Shown here piece after piece: positions 20,241-29,742 of a stretch of DNA of 64,000 bases. The notes beneath the pieces were generated by a model. That model was not told the origin of the DNA. It saw only the letters and a program-made list of their open reading frames with translations, and ran no database searches. Within the stretch, counting starts at the first letter, position 1; each line of letters begins with the position of its first letter. Both the position numbers and the translations under genes were made by a program. This DNA is from Bacillus subtilis subsp. subtilis str. 168 (lineage in GTDB: Bacteria > Bacillota > Bacilli > Bacillales > Bacillaceae): positions 496,001 through 560,000 of the forward strand of contig NC_000964.3 in assembly GCF_000009045.1 (NCBI RefSeq), read 5' to 3'.

Positions 20241-21257
20241 TTGAAAAAGGTGAGAAAAAGCTTTGTTTTGCTTTTAACGGGACTGCTTGCTGTTCTTATT
20301 CTTTCTGCCTGCGGGCAAAAAACACAGCAAGATATTGTGGCCGGGTTAGATGAAAAGGCGAAAGAATACACCTCGTACAAAGCAAAAGCGAAAATGACCA
20401 TCGAGACAGGGAGTGAGCCTCAAGTATACAATGTGGAAATCTGGCACAAAAAGCCGTCTCTGTACAGGGTTTATTTAGAAAATCCGAAAAAGGACCAAAA
20501 CCAAGTCATTTTACGAAATGAAAACGGAGTATTCGTTCTCACGCCGTCTTTAAATAAGAGCTTCAGATTTCAAAGCGATTGGCCGAACAACAGCAGCCAG
20601 GTTTATCTGTTTGAATCGCTCGTAAAGGATGTTCAAAACGATTCGGATGCAGTTTTCACAGCGAAAGAAAAGAAATACGTATTTGAAACAAAAACAAACT
20701 ATCAGCATAACAAAATGCTGCCCACGCAAGAAATCACATTTAACAAAAAAGATATGAGCCCGTCATCTGTCAAAGTGATGGATACTGACCGGAAAGTGAT
20801 GGTCAAAGTAGAATTCAGCAGCTTTGAATTTAATAAACAATTTGATAAAGAATCATTTGATGAAAAGAAAAATATGACCCTTTCTCAAATGGATGTCGCC
20901 ACAAGCGCAAAGCCTTCCGATACATTTGCGGTCAAAACGCCGCTGGAACTGCCGCTTGGCGTCAAGCTGCTTGAAGAAAAAGATATATCTACTGAAGACG
21001 GGAAGCGCATCATCATGACGTACGGAGGAGAAAAATCATTTACGTTAATTCAGGAAAAAGCCCAGATTGCCAAGGCTTCCTCCTCCGTTACGCTGAACGG
21101 CGAACCGGTAAATCTCGGCTACACCATCGGCGCCCTGTCGGATGCATCATTATCATGGACATATGACGGCGTAGATTACCTTCTCTCTTCTAAAGATCTT
21201 TCTAAAGAGGAAATGGTGACAGTAGCGAAAAGCATGCAGGGACAATCATCGAAATAA
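20241..21257 (+). CDS. ydcC: LolA-like sporulation lipoprotein
   Basis: Lipobox LSAC; TTG start after an AAAGGGG RBS. Confidence 0.88.
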   Translation: MKKVRKSFVLLLTGLLAVLILSACGQKTQQDIVAGLDEKAKEYTSYKAKAKMTIETGSEPQVYNVEIWHKKPSLYRVYLENPKKDQNQVILRNENGVFVLTPSLNKSFRFQSDWPNNSSQVYLFESLVKDVQNDSDAVFTAKEKKYVFETKTNYQHNKMLPTQEITFNKKDMSPSSVKVMDTDRKVMVKVEFSSFEFNKQFDKESFDEKKNMTLSQMDVATSAKPSDTFAVKTPLELPLGVKLLEEKDISTEDGKRIIMTYGGEKSFTLIQEKAQIAKASSSVTLNGEPVNLGYTIGALSDASLSWTYDGVDYLLSSKDLSKEEMVTVAKSMQGQSSK

Positions 21258-21262
21258 CCGCC

Positions 21263-21291
21263 AAAGGCCAAACATGATTTGGCCTTTTTTT
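21263..21291 (+). terminator. Intrinsic terminator after ydcC
   Basis: AAAGGCCAAA-CATGA-TTTGGCCTTT followed by a T run. Confidence 0.75.
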
Positions 21292-21371
21292 CGTTAGACA
21301 TCGTTTCCCTTTAGCCTTTAATTTTAGTATGATATGTAAATGATATTGAATAAAAGCTAGGAAGTGTCGTA

Positions 21372-22541
21372 ATGAGCACAAAACCTTTTTACAGAGATAC
21401 GTGGGCGGAAATTGACTTGTCCGCGATAAAGGAAAATGTCAGCAATATGAAAAAACATATCGGTGAACATGTCCACTTGATGGCAGTTGTGAAAGCAAAC
21501 GCCTACGGGCATGGTGATGCAGAAACAGCAAAGGCTGCTCTTGACGCAGGTGCTTCATGCTTGGCCGTGGCCATTTTGGATGAAGCGATTTCACTGCGCA
21601 AAAAGGGATTGAAGGCGCCTATATTGGTGCTTGGCGCGGTTCCCCCGGAGTATGTGGCAATCGCTGCTGAGTATGACGTGACCTTAACAGGTTATTCTGT
21701 TGAATGGCTTCAGGAGGCAGCCCGCCACACGAAAAAAGGTTCTCTTCATTTTCATCTGAAGGTCGATACGGGGATGAACAGACTTGGTGTAAAAACAGAG
21801 GAAGAAGTTCAGAACGTGATGGCAATTCTTGACCGCAACCCTCGTTTAAAGTGCAAAGGGGTATTTACCCATTTTGCGACAGCGGATGAAAAAGAAAGAG
21901 GCTATTTCTTAATGCAGTTTGAGCGCTTTAAAGAGCTGATTGCTCCGCTGCCGTTAAAGAATCTAATGGTCCACTGCGCGAACAGCGCCGCTGGACTCCG
22001 GCTGAAAAAAGGCTTTTTTAATGCAGTCAGATTCGGCATCGGCATGTATGGCCTTCGCCCGTCTGCTGACATGTCGGACGAGATACCGTTTCAGCTGCGT
22101 CCGGCATTTACCCTGCATTCGACACTGTCACATGTCAAACTGATCAGAAAAGGCGAGAGCGTCAGCTACGGAGCCGAGTACACAGCGGAAAAAGACACAT
22201 GGATCGGGACGGTGCCTGTAGGCTATGCGGACGGCTGGCTCCGAAAATTGAAAGGGACCGACATCCTTGTGAAGGGAAAACGCCTGAAAATTGCCGGCCG
22301 AATTTGCATGGACCAATTTATGGTGGAGCTGGATCAGGAATATCCGCCGGGCACAAAAGTCACATTAATAGGCCGGCAGGGGGATGAATATATTTCCATG
22401 GATGAGATTGCAGGAAGGCTCGAAACCATTAACTATGAGGTGGCCTGTACAATAAGTTCCCGTGTTCCCCGTATGTTTTTGGAAAATGGGAGTATAATGG
22501 AAGTAAGAAATCCTTTATTGCAGGTAAATATAAGCAATTAA
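21372..22541 (+). CDS. alr: Alanine racemase
   Basis: AVVKANAYGHG PLP-lysine motif, KVDTGMNRLG, GRICMD. Confidence 0.97.
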   Translation: MSTKPFYRDTWAEIDLSAIKENVSNMKKHIGEHVHLMAVVKANAYGHGDAETAKAALDAGASCLAVAILDEAISLRKKGLKAPILVLGAVPPEYVAIAAEYDVTLTGYSVEWLQEAARHTKKGSLHFHLKVDTGMNRLGVKTEEEVQNVMAILDRNPRLKCKGVFTHFATADEKERGYFLMQFERFKELIAPLPLKNLMVHCANSAAGLRLKKGFFNAVRFGIGMYGLRPSADMSDEIPFQLRPAFTLHSTLSHVKLIRKGESVSYGAEYTAEKDTWIGTVPVGYADGWLRKLKGTDILVKGKRLKIAGRICMDQFMVELDQEYPPGTKVTLIGRQGDEYISMDEIAGRLETINYEVACTISSRVPRMFLENGSIMEVRNPLLQVNISN

Positions 22542-22656
22542 CTTACCTAAATGGAGAATTCATAAAACAGCTTTGCTTGAAGAGTGAATAATGGTATCAT
22601 TATCACTGGATGGATAAAAGAGTCGTATCCGTAAGTTTGGTGGAGGTGTATGTTTT

Positions 22657-22938
22657 TTGTCTGAATCCAGCGCAAGAACCGAAATGAAAATCAGCTTGCC
22701 CGAAAACCTAGTAGCTGAATTGGATGGTGTAGCGATGCGGGAGAAACGAAGCAGAAACGAACTGATATCACAAGCAGTGAGAGCGTATGTCAGCGAACGA
22801 ACAACTCGTCACAACCGTGATTTGATGAGACGCGGCTATATGGAAATGGCGAAAATCAACCTGAATATTTCTTCTGAGGCTCACTTTGCGGAGTGCGAGG
22901 CTGAAACGACAGTTGAGCGCTTAGTCAGCGGAGGATAA
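22657..22938 (+). CDS. ndoAI: RHH antitoxin (MazE-like)
   Basis: [12 protein letters not shown]...[11 protein letters not shown]; lies directly upstream of the MazF homologue. Confidence 0.93.
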   Translation: MSESSARTEMKISLPENLVAELDGVAMREKRSRNELISQAVRAYVSERTTRHNRDLMRRGYMEMAKINLNISSEAHFAECEAETTVERLVSGG

Positions 22939-22942
22939 TCAT

Positions 22943-23293
22943 TTGATTGTGAAACGCGGCGATGTTTATTTTGCTGATTTATCTCCTGTTGTTGGCTCAG
23001 AGCAAGGCGGGGTGCGCCCGGTTTTAGTGATCCAAAATGACATCGGAAATCGCTTCAGCCCAACTGCTATTGTTGCAGCCATAACAGCACAAATACAGAA
23101 AGCGAAATTACCAACCCACGTCGAAATCGATGCAAAACGCTACGGTTTTGAAAGAGATTCCGTTATTTTGCTGGAGCAAATTCGGACGATTGACAAGCAA
23201 AGGTTAACGGATAAGATTACTCATCTGGATGATGAAATGATGGATAAGGTTGATGAAGCCTTACAAATCAGTTTGGCACTCATTGATTTTTAG
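22943..23293 (+). CDS. ndoA: PemK/MazF endoribonuclease toxin EndoA
   Basis: [15 protein letters not shown] motif. Confidence 0.96.
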   Translation: MIVKRGDVYFADLSPVVGSEQGGVRPVLVIQNDIGNRFSPTAIVAAITAQIQKAKLPTHVEIDAKRYGFERDSVILLEQIRTIDKQRLTDKITHLDDEMMDKVDEALQISLALIDF

Positions 23294-23304
23294 ACATATT
23301 TGCA

Positions 23305-23331
23305 GGTTGCTCAAATAGAGCAACTTTTTTT
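23305..23331 (+). terminator. Terminator after ndoA
   Basis: GTTGCTC-AAATA-GAGCAAC followed by a T run. Confidence 0.75.
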
Positions 23332-23358
23332 GTTTTCAAAAAACATAAACGATATAAT
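23330..23358 (+). promoter_or_regulatory. sigmaA promoter of the rsbR operon
   Basis: TTGTTT-N17-TATAAT. Confidence 0.7.
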
Positions 23359-23407
23359 AGTGAAATAACGAAAAAATATGTTGTTTTTTATTGGGAGGTA
23401 AGCGAAT

Positions 23408-24232
23408 TTGATGTCGAACCAGACTGTATACCAGTTCATTGCCGAAAATCAAAATGAACTGCTCCAACTGTGGACTGACACACTAAAAGAATTAAGCGAG
23501 CAAGAATCCTATCAGCTGACTGACCAAGTGTATGAAAATATATCTAAAGAATATATCGACATTCTGCTGCTGTCTGTTAAGGACGAAAATGCTGCTGAAA
23601 GCCAAATCAGCGAACTGGCGCTTCGAGCGGTCCAAATCGGACTGTCTATGAAGTTTTTGGCTACTGCACTTGCCGAATTCTGGAAGCGTCTCTACACGAA
23701 AATGAATGATAAGAGATTGCCAGATCAAGAGAGCACGGAATTAATCTGGCAGATTGATCGCTTTTTCAGCCCGATTAACACAGAAATTTTTAATCAATAC
23801 TCAATCTCATGGGAAAAAACAGTATCCCTGCAAAAAATCGCGCTGCAAGAGCTGTCTGCGCCGCTTATCCCGGTGTTTGAAAATATCACTGTGATGCCTC
23901 TTGTCGGAACAATTGATACCGAACGCGCGAAACGAATTATGGAAAACCTTCTTAATGGCGTCGTCAAACACCGTTCCCAAGTCGTGCTGATTGACATTAC
24001 AGGTGTCCCTGTCGTCGATACGATGGTTGCCCATCATATTATTCAGGCATCAGAAGCTGTAAGGCTTGTCGGAGCAAAATGCCTGCTGGCCGGAATCCGT
24101 CCGGAAATTGCTCAAACAATCGTCAACCTGGGGATTGATTTATCCCAAGTTATAACTAAGAATACCCTGCAAAAAGGAATTCAAACAGCATTGGAAATGA
24201 CGGATCGAAAAATCGTTTCATTGGGGGAATAA
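23408..24232 (+). CDS. rsbRA: Stressosome protein RsbRA
   Basis: Globin-like N-terminus plus STAS domain ([22 protein letters not shown]). Confidence 0.96.
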   Translation: MMSNQTVYQFIAENQNELLQLWTDTLKELSEQESYQLTDQVYENISKEYIDILLLSVKDENAAESQISELALRAVQIGLSMKFLATALAEFWKRLYTKMNDKRLPDQESTELIWQIDRFFSPINTEIFNQYSISWEKTVSLQKIALQELSAPLIPVFENITVMPLVGTIDTERAKRIMENLLNGVVKHRSQVVLIDITGVPVVDTMVAHHIIQASEAVRLVGAKCLLAGIRPEIAQTIVNLGIDLSQVITKNTLQKGIQTALEMTDRKIVSLGE

Positions 24233-24236
24233 CATT

Positions 24237-24602
24237 TTGAGACATCCGAAAATCCCGATCTTGAAACTGTATAATTGCTTATTAGTGTCCATTCAGTGGG
24301 AACTTGATGACCAGACAGCATTAACTTTTCAAGAAGACTTATTAAATAAAATATACGAAACAGGTGCTAACGGAGTCGTCATTGACCTGACATCTGTGGA
24401 TATGATTGATTCATTTATCGCGAAAGTGCTGGGGGACGTCATTACAATGTCTAAGTTAATGGGGGCTAAAGTCGTCTTGACCGGCATTCAGCCCGCTGTG
24501 GCAGTGACGCTGATTGAACTTGGAATCGCGCTTGAGGAAATCGAAACTGCGCTCGACTTAGAGCAGGGGCTTGAGACATTGAAGCGGGAATTGGGGGAAT
24601 AG
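24237..24602 (+). CDS. rsbS: Stressosome STAS protein RsbS
   Basis: VDMIDSFIA motif; operon position. Confidence 0.96.
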
Positions 24603-24605
24603 CGA

Positions 24606-25007
24606 ATGAACGACCAATCCTGTGTAAGAATCATGACAGAATGGGATATTGTGGCCGCCAGACAGCTGGGACGAAACGTTGCGAAAGAACTGGGTTTCGG
24701 CACGGTAGACCAGGCTAGAATTACAACGGCTATTTCAGAATTAGCCAGGAATATTTATTTATATGCCGGCAAAGGGCAGATTGGAATTGAACAGGTCGCA
24801 GACAGAGGAAAAAAAGGCCTGAAAATCATAGCGGAAGACCAAGGGCCGGGAATTCCTGATATCCGAAAAGTCATGGAAGACGGGTTTTCAACGTCTGGAG
24901 GACTTGGTGCGGGACTTCCCGGGGTCAAAAGGCTGATGGATGAATTCAGCTTAAATTCCGTAGCGGGGGAAGGAACAGAGATACAAGCCATCAAATGGCT
25001 TCGGTAG
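24606..25007 (+). CDS. rsbT: Serine/threonine kinase RsbT
   Basis: SELARNI and GLGAGLPG motifs. Confidence 0.96.
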   Translation: MNDQSCVRIMTEWDIVAARQLGRNVAKELGFGTVDQARITTAISELARNIYLYAGKGQIGIEQVADRGKKGLKIIAEDQGPGIPDIRKVMEDGFSTSGGLGAGLPGVKRLMDEFSLNSVAGEGTEIQAIKWLR

Positions 25008-25018
25008 GAGGTAAGAAC

Positions 25019-26026
25019 GTGGATTTTAGGGAGGTTATTGAGCAGCGGTATCATCAGCTGCTTAGTCGATATATAGCCGAATTAACAGAAACATCTTTAT
25101 ATCAAGCCCAAAAATTCAGCCGAAAAACAATCGAGCACCAAATTCCTCCGGAAGAAATCATCAGCATTCACAGAAAAGTGCTGAAGGAGCTGTATCCAAG
25201 TCTCCCGGAAGATGTGTTTCATTCGCTGGATTTTTTAATAGAAGTCATGATTGGCTATGGAATGGCTTATCAGGAGCATCAAACCCTTAGAGGGATACAG
25301 CAGGAAATCAAATCAGAAATTGAAATCGCGGCAAATGTCCAGCAGACGCTTCTCGGAACTAAAGTTCCTCAGGAGGAAGCGCTGGATATCGGCGCCATCA
25401 GTGTTCCCGCTAAACAGATGAGCGGTGATTACTACCACTTTGTCAAAGACAAGGAATCCATCAATATCGCAATCGCGGACGTGATCGGAAAAGGCATTCC
25501 AGCGGCTTTATGCATGTCCATGATTAAATACGCAATGGACTCTTTGCCGGAAACGGGCATACACCCTTCTCAAGTGCTGAAAAATTTGAATCGTGTTGTT
25601 GAACAAAACGTTGATGCCAGTATGTTTATTACGATGTTTTATGCGAATTACAATATGGACAAGCATCAATTTACATATGCTTCAGCGGGACATGAACCGG
25701 GATTCTATTATTCTCAAAAAGACAACACGTTTTACGATTTAGAGGCCAAAGGACTCGTTCTCGGCATCTCGCAGGACTATGACTACAAACAATTCGATCA
25801 GCATCTGGAAAAGGGCGATATGATTGTTTTATTTTCTGACGGCGTCACAGAATGCAGAACGGAAAACGGTTTCTTGGAGCGTCCTGATCTGCAGAAGCTC
25901 ATTGAGGAACATATGTGTTCCTCTGCGCAGGAAATGGTCAAAAACATTTATGACAGCCTCCTCAAATTGCAGGATTTTCAGCTTCACGATGATTTTACGT
26001 TAATTGTTTTGCGGAGAAAGGTTTAA
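25019..26026 (+). CDS. rsbU: PP2C phosphatase RsbU
   Basis: MSGDYY, DVIGKG, FSDGVTE and HDDFT motifs; GTG start after AGGAGG. Confidence 0.96.
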   Translation: MDFREVIEQRYHQLLSRYIAELTETSLYQAQKFSRKTIEHQIPPEEIISIHRKVLKELYPSLPEDVFHSLDFLIEVMIGYGMAYQEHQTLRGIQQEIKSEIEIAANVQQTLLGTKVPQEEALDIGAISVPAKQMSGDYYHFVKDKESINIAIADVIGKGIPAALCMSMIKYAMDSLPETGIHPSQVLKNLNRVVEQNVDASMFITMFYANYNMDKHQFTYASAGHEPGFYYSQKDNTFYDLEAKGLVLGISQDYDYKQFDQHLEKGDMIVLFSDGVTECRTENGFLERPDLQKLIEEHMCSSAQEMVKNIYDSLLKLQDFQLHDDFTLIVLRRKV

Positions 26027-26046
26027 CGTCTGTCAGACGAGGGTAT
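26021..26046 (+). promoter_or_regulatory. sigmaB promoter of rsbV-rsbW-sigB-rsbX
   Basis: GTTTAA-N14-GGGTAT. Confidence 0.9.
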
Positions 26047-26087
26047 AAAGCAACTAGTGATTTGAAGGAAAATTTGAGGTGATACGA

Positions 26088-26417
26088 ATGAATATAAATG
26101 TTGATGTGAAGCAAAACGAGAATGATATACAAGTAAACATTGCAGGAGAAATTGATGTATACTCAGCCCCGGTGCTTAGAGAGAAGCTCGTTCCTCTGGC
26201 AGAACAAGGAGCTGACTTAAGAATTTGCCTGAAAGATGTCAGCTACATGGACAGTACCGGATTGGGCGTTTTTGTAGGGACCTTTAAAATGGTGAAAAAA
26301 CAAGGTGGTTCGCTGAAACTTGAAAATCTTTCTGAACGGCTGATCCGACTGTTTGACATTACAGGCTTGAAGGACATCATTGATATTTCTGCAAAGTCAG
26401 AAGGTGGAGTGCAATGA
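26088..26417 (+). CDS. rsbV: Anti-anti-sigma factor RsbV
   Basis: STAS domain with YMDSTGLG. Confidence 0.96.
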   Translation: MNINVDVKQNENDIQVNIAGEIDVYSAPVLREKLVPLAEQGADLRICLKDVSYMDSTGLGVFVGTFKMVKKQGGSLKLENLSERLIRLFDITGLKDIIDISAKSEGGVQ

Positions 26418-26896
26418 AGAATAATGCTGATTACATCGAAATGAAAGTGCCGGCCCAACCTGAATATGTGGGAATTATAAGACTGACGCTGTCAGGGGTC
26501 GCAAGCAGAATGGGCTATACGTACGATGAAATTGAAGACTTGAAAATCGCAGTCAGTGAGGCGTGCACAAATGCGGTTCAGCACGCTTACAAAGAAGATA
26601 AAAATGGGGAAGTGTCAATACGATTCGGTGTGTTTGAAGACCGTTTAGAGGTTATTGTGGCGGATGAAGGAGACAGCTTTGACTTTGATCAAAAGCAGCA
26701 GGATCTAGGGCCGTACACACCTTCGCACACAGTTGATCAATTATCAGAAGGAGGGCTCGGTCTATATTTAATGGAAACGCTCATGGATGAAGTCAGAGTG
26801 CAAAACCACTCCGGCGTCACCGTAGCGATGACAAAGTATTTAAATGGGGAGCGAGTTGATCATGACACAACCATCAAAAACTACGAAACTAACTAA
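26414..26896 (+). CDS. rsbW: Anti-sigmaB kinase RsbW
   Basis: [10 protein letters not shown] and GGLGLYL motifs. Confidence 0.96.
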   Translation: MKNNADYIEMKVPAQPEYVGIIRLTLSGVASRMGYTYDEIEDLKIAVSEACTNAVQHAYKEDKNGEVSIRFGVFEDRLEVIVADEGDSFDFDQKQQDLGPYTPSHTVDQLSEGGLGLYLMETLMDEVRVQNHSGVTVAMTKYLNGERVDHDTTIKNYETN

Positions 26897-27650
26897 AGAT
26901 GAAGTCGATCGGCTCATAAGCGATTACCAAACAAAGCAAGATGAACAAGCGCAGGAAACGCTTGTGCGGGTGTATACAAATCTGGTTGACATGCTTGCGA
27001 AAAAATACTCAAAAGGCAAAAGCTTCCACGAGGATCTCCGCCAGGTCGGCATGATCGGGCTGCTAGGCGCGATTAAGCGATACGATCCTGTTGTCGGCAA
27101 ATCGTTTGAAGCTTTTGCAATCCCGACAATCATCGGTGAAATTAAACGTTTCCTCAGAGATAAAACATGGAGCGTTCATGTGCCGAGACGAATTAAAGAA
27201 CTCGGTCCAAGAATCAAAATGGCGGTTGATCAGCTGACCACTGAAACACAAAGATCGCCGAAAGTCGAAGAGATTGCCGAATTCCTCGATGTTTCTGAAG
27301 AAGAGGTTCTTGAAACGATGGAAATGGGCAAAAGCTATCAAGCCTTATCCGTTGACCACAGCATTGAAGCGGATTCGGACGGAAGCACTGTCACGATTCT
27401 TGATATCGTCGGATCACAGGAGGACGGATATGAGCGGGTCAACCAGCAATTGATGCTGCAAAGCGTGCTTCATGTCCTTTCAGACCGTGAGAAACAAATC
27501 ATAGACCTTACGTATATTCAAAACAAAAGCCAAAAAGAAACTGGGGACATTCTCGGTATATCTCAAATGCACGTCTCGCGCTTGCAACGCAAAGCTGTGA
27601 AGAAGCTCAGAGAGGCCTTGATTGAAGATCCCTCGATGGAGTTAATGTAA
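26862..27650 (+). CDS. sigB: General stress sigma factor sigmaB
   Basis: EDLRQVG, FAIPTIIGEIKRFLRD and SQMHVSRL regions. Confidence 0.97.
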   Translation: MTQPSKTTKLTKDEVDRLISDYQTKQDEQAQETLVRVYTNLVDMLAKKYSKGKSFHEDLRQVGMIGLLGAIKRYDPVVGKSFEAFAIPTIIGEIKRFLRDKTWSVHVPRRIKELGPRIKMAVDQLTTETQRSPKVEEIAEFLDVSEEEVLETMEMGKSYQALSVDHSIEADSDGSTVTILDIVGSQEDGYERVNQQLMLQSVLHVLSDREKQIIDLTYIQNKSQKETGDILGISQMHVSRLQRKAVKKLREALIEDPSMELM

Positions 27651-28249
27651 TGATCCAGGTTGAAGAAAACGAGCATATTCAAACTCTAGTATATCAACTG
27701 AATAAAGAAGGGAAATCGATTTGCGGTGACAGTTTTTTTATGAAAGCTGATGATAAGGAGTTAATTTGCGCGGTTGCTGACGGACTGGGAAGTGGATCAC
27801 TTGCTAACGAATCCTCTGCAGCCATCAAAGACTTAGTGGAAAACTATGCGAGTGAAGACGTAGAAAGCATTATCGAACGCTGTAATCAGGCGATGAAAAA
27901 CAAAAGAGGCGCTACAGCATCTATCCTGAAAATCAATTTTGAGCAAAGGCAGTTTACGTACTGCTCTGTCGGAAATGTACGGTTTATTCTGCATTCCCCG
28001 TCTGGTGAAAGCTTTTATCCTCTGCCGATTTCGGGCTATTTATCAGGCAAGCCGCAAAAATACAAAACGCACACCGCCACCTATGAAAAGGGTTCAAAGT
28101 TCATTATACATACAGATGGACTCAACGTACCTGATATCCGCTCCCATTTGAAAAAAGGCCAATCGGTAGAAGAAATATCGAATTCGCTGAAAATGTATAC
28201 GACATCGAGAAAAGATGACCTGACCTATATTCTCGGACAGCTGTCCTAA
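27650..28249 (+). CDS. rsbX: PP2C phosphatase RsbX
   Basis: ICGD, VADGLGSG, HTDG and KDD motifs. Confidence 0.95.
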   Translation: MIQVEENEHIQTLVYQLNKEGKSICGDSFFMKADDKELICAVADGLGSGSLANESSAAIKDLVENYASEDVESIIERCNQAMKNKRGATASILKINFEQRQFTYCSVGNVRFILHSPSGESFYPLPISGYLSGKPQKYKTHTATYEKGSKFIIHTDGLNVPDIRSHLKKGQSVEEISNSLKMYTTSRKDDLTYILGQLS

Positions 28250-28257
28250 AAAACCAG

Positions 28258-28290
28258 AAAAAGAAGCTGGACATCCGGCTTCTTTTTTTT
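28258..28290 (+). terminator. Terminator of the sigB operon
   Basis: AAGAAGCTGG-ACAT-CCGGCTTCTT followed by a T run. Confidence 0.85.
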
Positions 28291-28294
28291 GCGG

Positions 28295-28342
28295 TTGACT
28301 ATTAATAAGTGCGCTTATTATAATTAATAAGTGAACTTATCA
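28295..28342 (+). promoter_or_regulatory. sigmaA promoter with two TAATAAG-N4-CTTAT(T/C)A operators (probable PamR sites)
   Basis: TTGACT...TATAAT with palindromes at 28303-28320 and 28325-28342, upstream of a MarR-encoding operon. Confidence 0.7.
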
Positions 28343-28359
28343 TTCTGGGAGCTTATGGG

Positions 28360-28785
28360 ATGTGGAATTATGAATACACAGCGATAGCTGATGTGGATGT
28401 GGGAAAACCTGGAACTGTTATCAGGAAACAGAAACAATGGATCAATGGGAGACGGGTATTGCATCAGATTCTTTGAAAGGACAATTTCAAAATGGAACGG
28501 AAGGAACATTGCTTCTGCAAGGAAAAACAATTCTCTTATGGCTTGAGCATGTGGAGAAACATCGGGCGTTTTCTGTCATGGTCAACATGCCCGCATAGCA
28601 ATGTAATAATGGAGTTTTTTCACGTGCTTCAAAAGCAAAAAGAAGATTTGTGTATCACATATGGAATTGTATTAGAAGGCGCTGAAGCAAAAAAGTGGGG
28701 AGAAATCATTGGGACTGAACTGTCTAAAGACATGCCGACGGCTGTCAGCAGGCTTGTCCATCTTTACGGAGGAGTGATAAAATGA
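28360..28785 (+). pseudogene. ydcF: Frameshifted SRPBCC/polyketide-cyclase-like gene; the 97-aa ORF at 28492-28785 is its remnant
   Basis: Three segments in two frames join into a coherent ~141-aa protein (see findings). Confidence 0.6.
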
Positions 28786-29222
28786 ACACAAATTACTGGA
28801 TCGGCGTTGTGTCAGAGCAACATGTATTAAAAGGCGCTGCCGGCGGTTTTGCACAGCTGTGCCATGGAAAAAAAGCCCCGCTCGCCAAAATGAAAGAGGG
28901 AGATTGGCTGATTTATTATTCTCCGAGAGACGCATATCCAGACGGCAAACTGCTGCGAAGCTTTACTGCGATCGGCAAAGTAAAAAGCGGAAACATCTAT
29001 CCGTATCAAATGGCTCCGAATTTTATTCCATACCGATTAGATATAGACTATTATCCATGCCATAAAATCGGTTTTTACGACATTAAATCAAAGCTTGAAT
29101 TTGTTCAGGAAACCAAGCATCTTGGCTTTTTATTTCGCAGAGGACACTTTGAAATAAGCAAAAAAGATTTTTTGACAATAGCACAAGCGATGGGAGTTAA
29201 CATAAGTGGAATGGCACTCTAA
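28782..29222 (+). CDS. ydcG: EVE domain protein
   Basis: NYWIGVVS...FAQLCHGKKAPLAKMKEGDWLIYYSP and FRRGHFEISKKDF. Confidence 0.85.
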   Translation: MNTNYWIGVVSEQHVLKGAAGGFAQLCHGKKAPLAKMKEGDWLIYYSPRDAYPDGKLLRSFTAIGKVKSGNIYPYQMAPNFIPYRLDIDYYPCHKIGFYDIKSKLEFVQETKHLGFLFRRGHFEISKKDFLTIAQAMGVNISGMAL

Positions 29223-29649
29223 ATTTAGCGGTCCGAACACAAGCCCGGGCTTTTTATTATGGCAGGCCACGCAAAGTTGGCAGCGGAAAGTAGGAAAAGC
29301 ATTGGCTGAGTTTGACCTGACCCACGTTCAATTTGTTCTGCTGACCTCGTGCAAGTATATGATTGCTCACGGAGAAACCGTCACGCAAAAAAAACTTGCA
29401 AGCTTCAGCCAGACCAATATCATGATGGTTTCGGAGGTTGTGCGGACGCTTGAGAAAAAAGGATTTATCGAAAGAAGCAAAAATCCCCAGGATAAAAGAG
29501 AGGTCCTCCTGTCTCTTACAGAAATAGGAGGAGAAAAAGTAACAGCGGCTTTGCCAATTGTTGAGAAGATTGATCAAGCCTTCTTTGCAGCTGCGATGAA
29601 AAAAGAGAATTTTCTGAGCGGCTTACAGGAACTATTGAAACATGAGTAA
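29206..29649 (+). CDS. pamR: MarR family regulator PamR
   Basis: LTHVQFVLL and LEKKGFIERSKNPQDKRE wHTH motifs; corresponds to ydcH. Confidence 0.85.
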   Translation: MEWHSKFSGPNTSPGFLLWQATQSWQRKVGKALAEFDLTHVQFVLLTSCKYMIAHGETVTQKKLASFSQTNIMMVSEVVRTLEKKGFIERSKNPQDKREVLLSLTEIGGEKVTAALPIVEKIDQAFFAAAMKKENFLSGLQELLKHE

Positions 29650-29742
29650 AGATACGGGCAGCGCCAGCTGTCTTTTTTTATGTGTTTTTTTCGGTTTTTG
29701 ATACACTAGAGAAAGAACGACAAAATTGGAGGCTTTGGTTAC

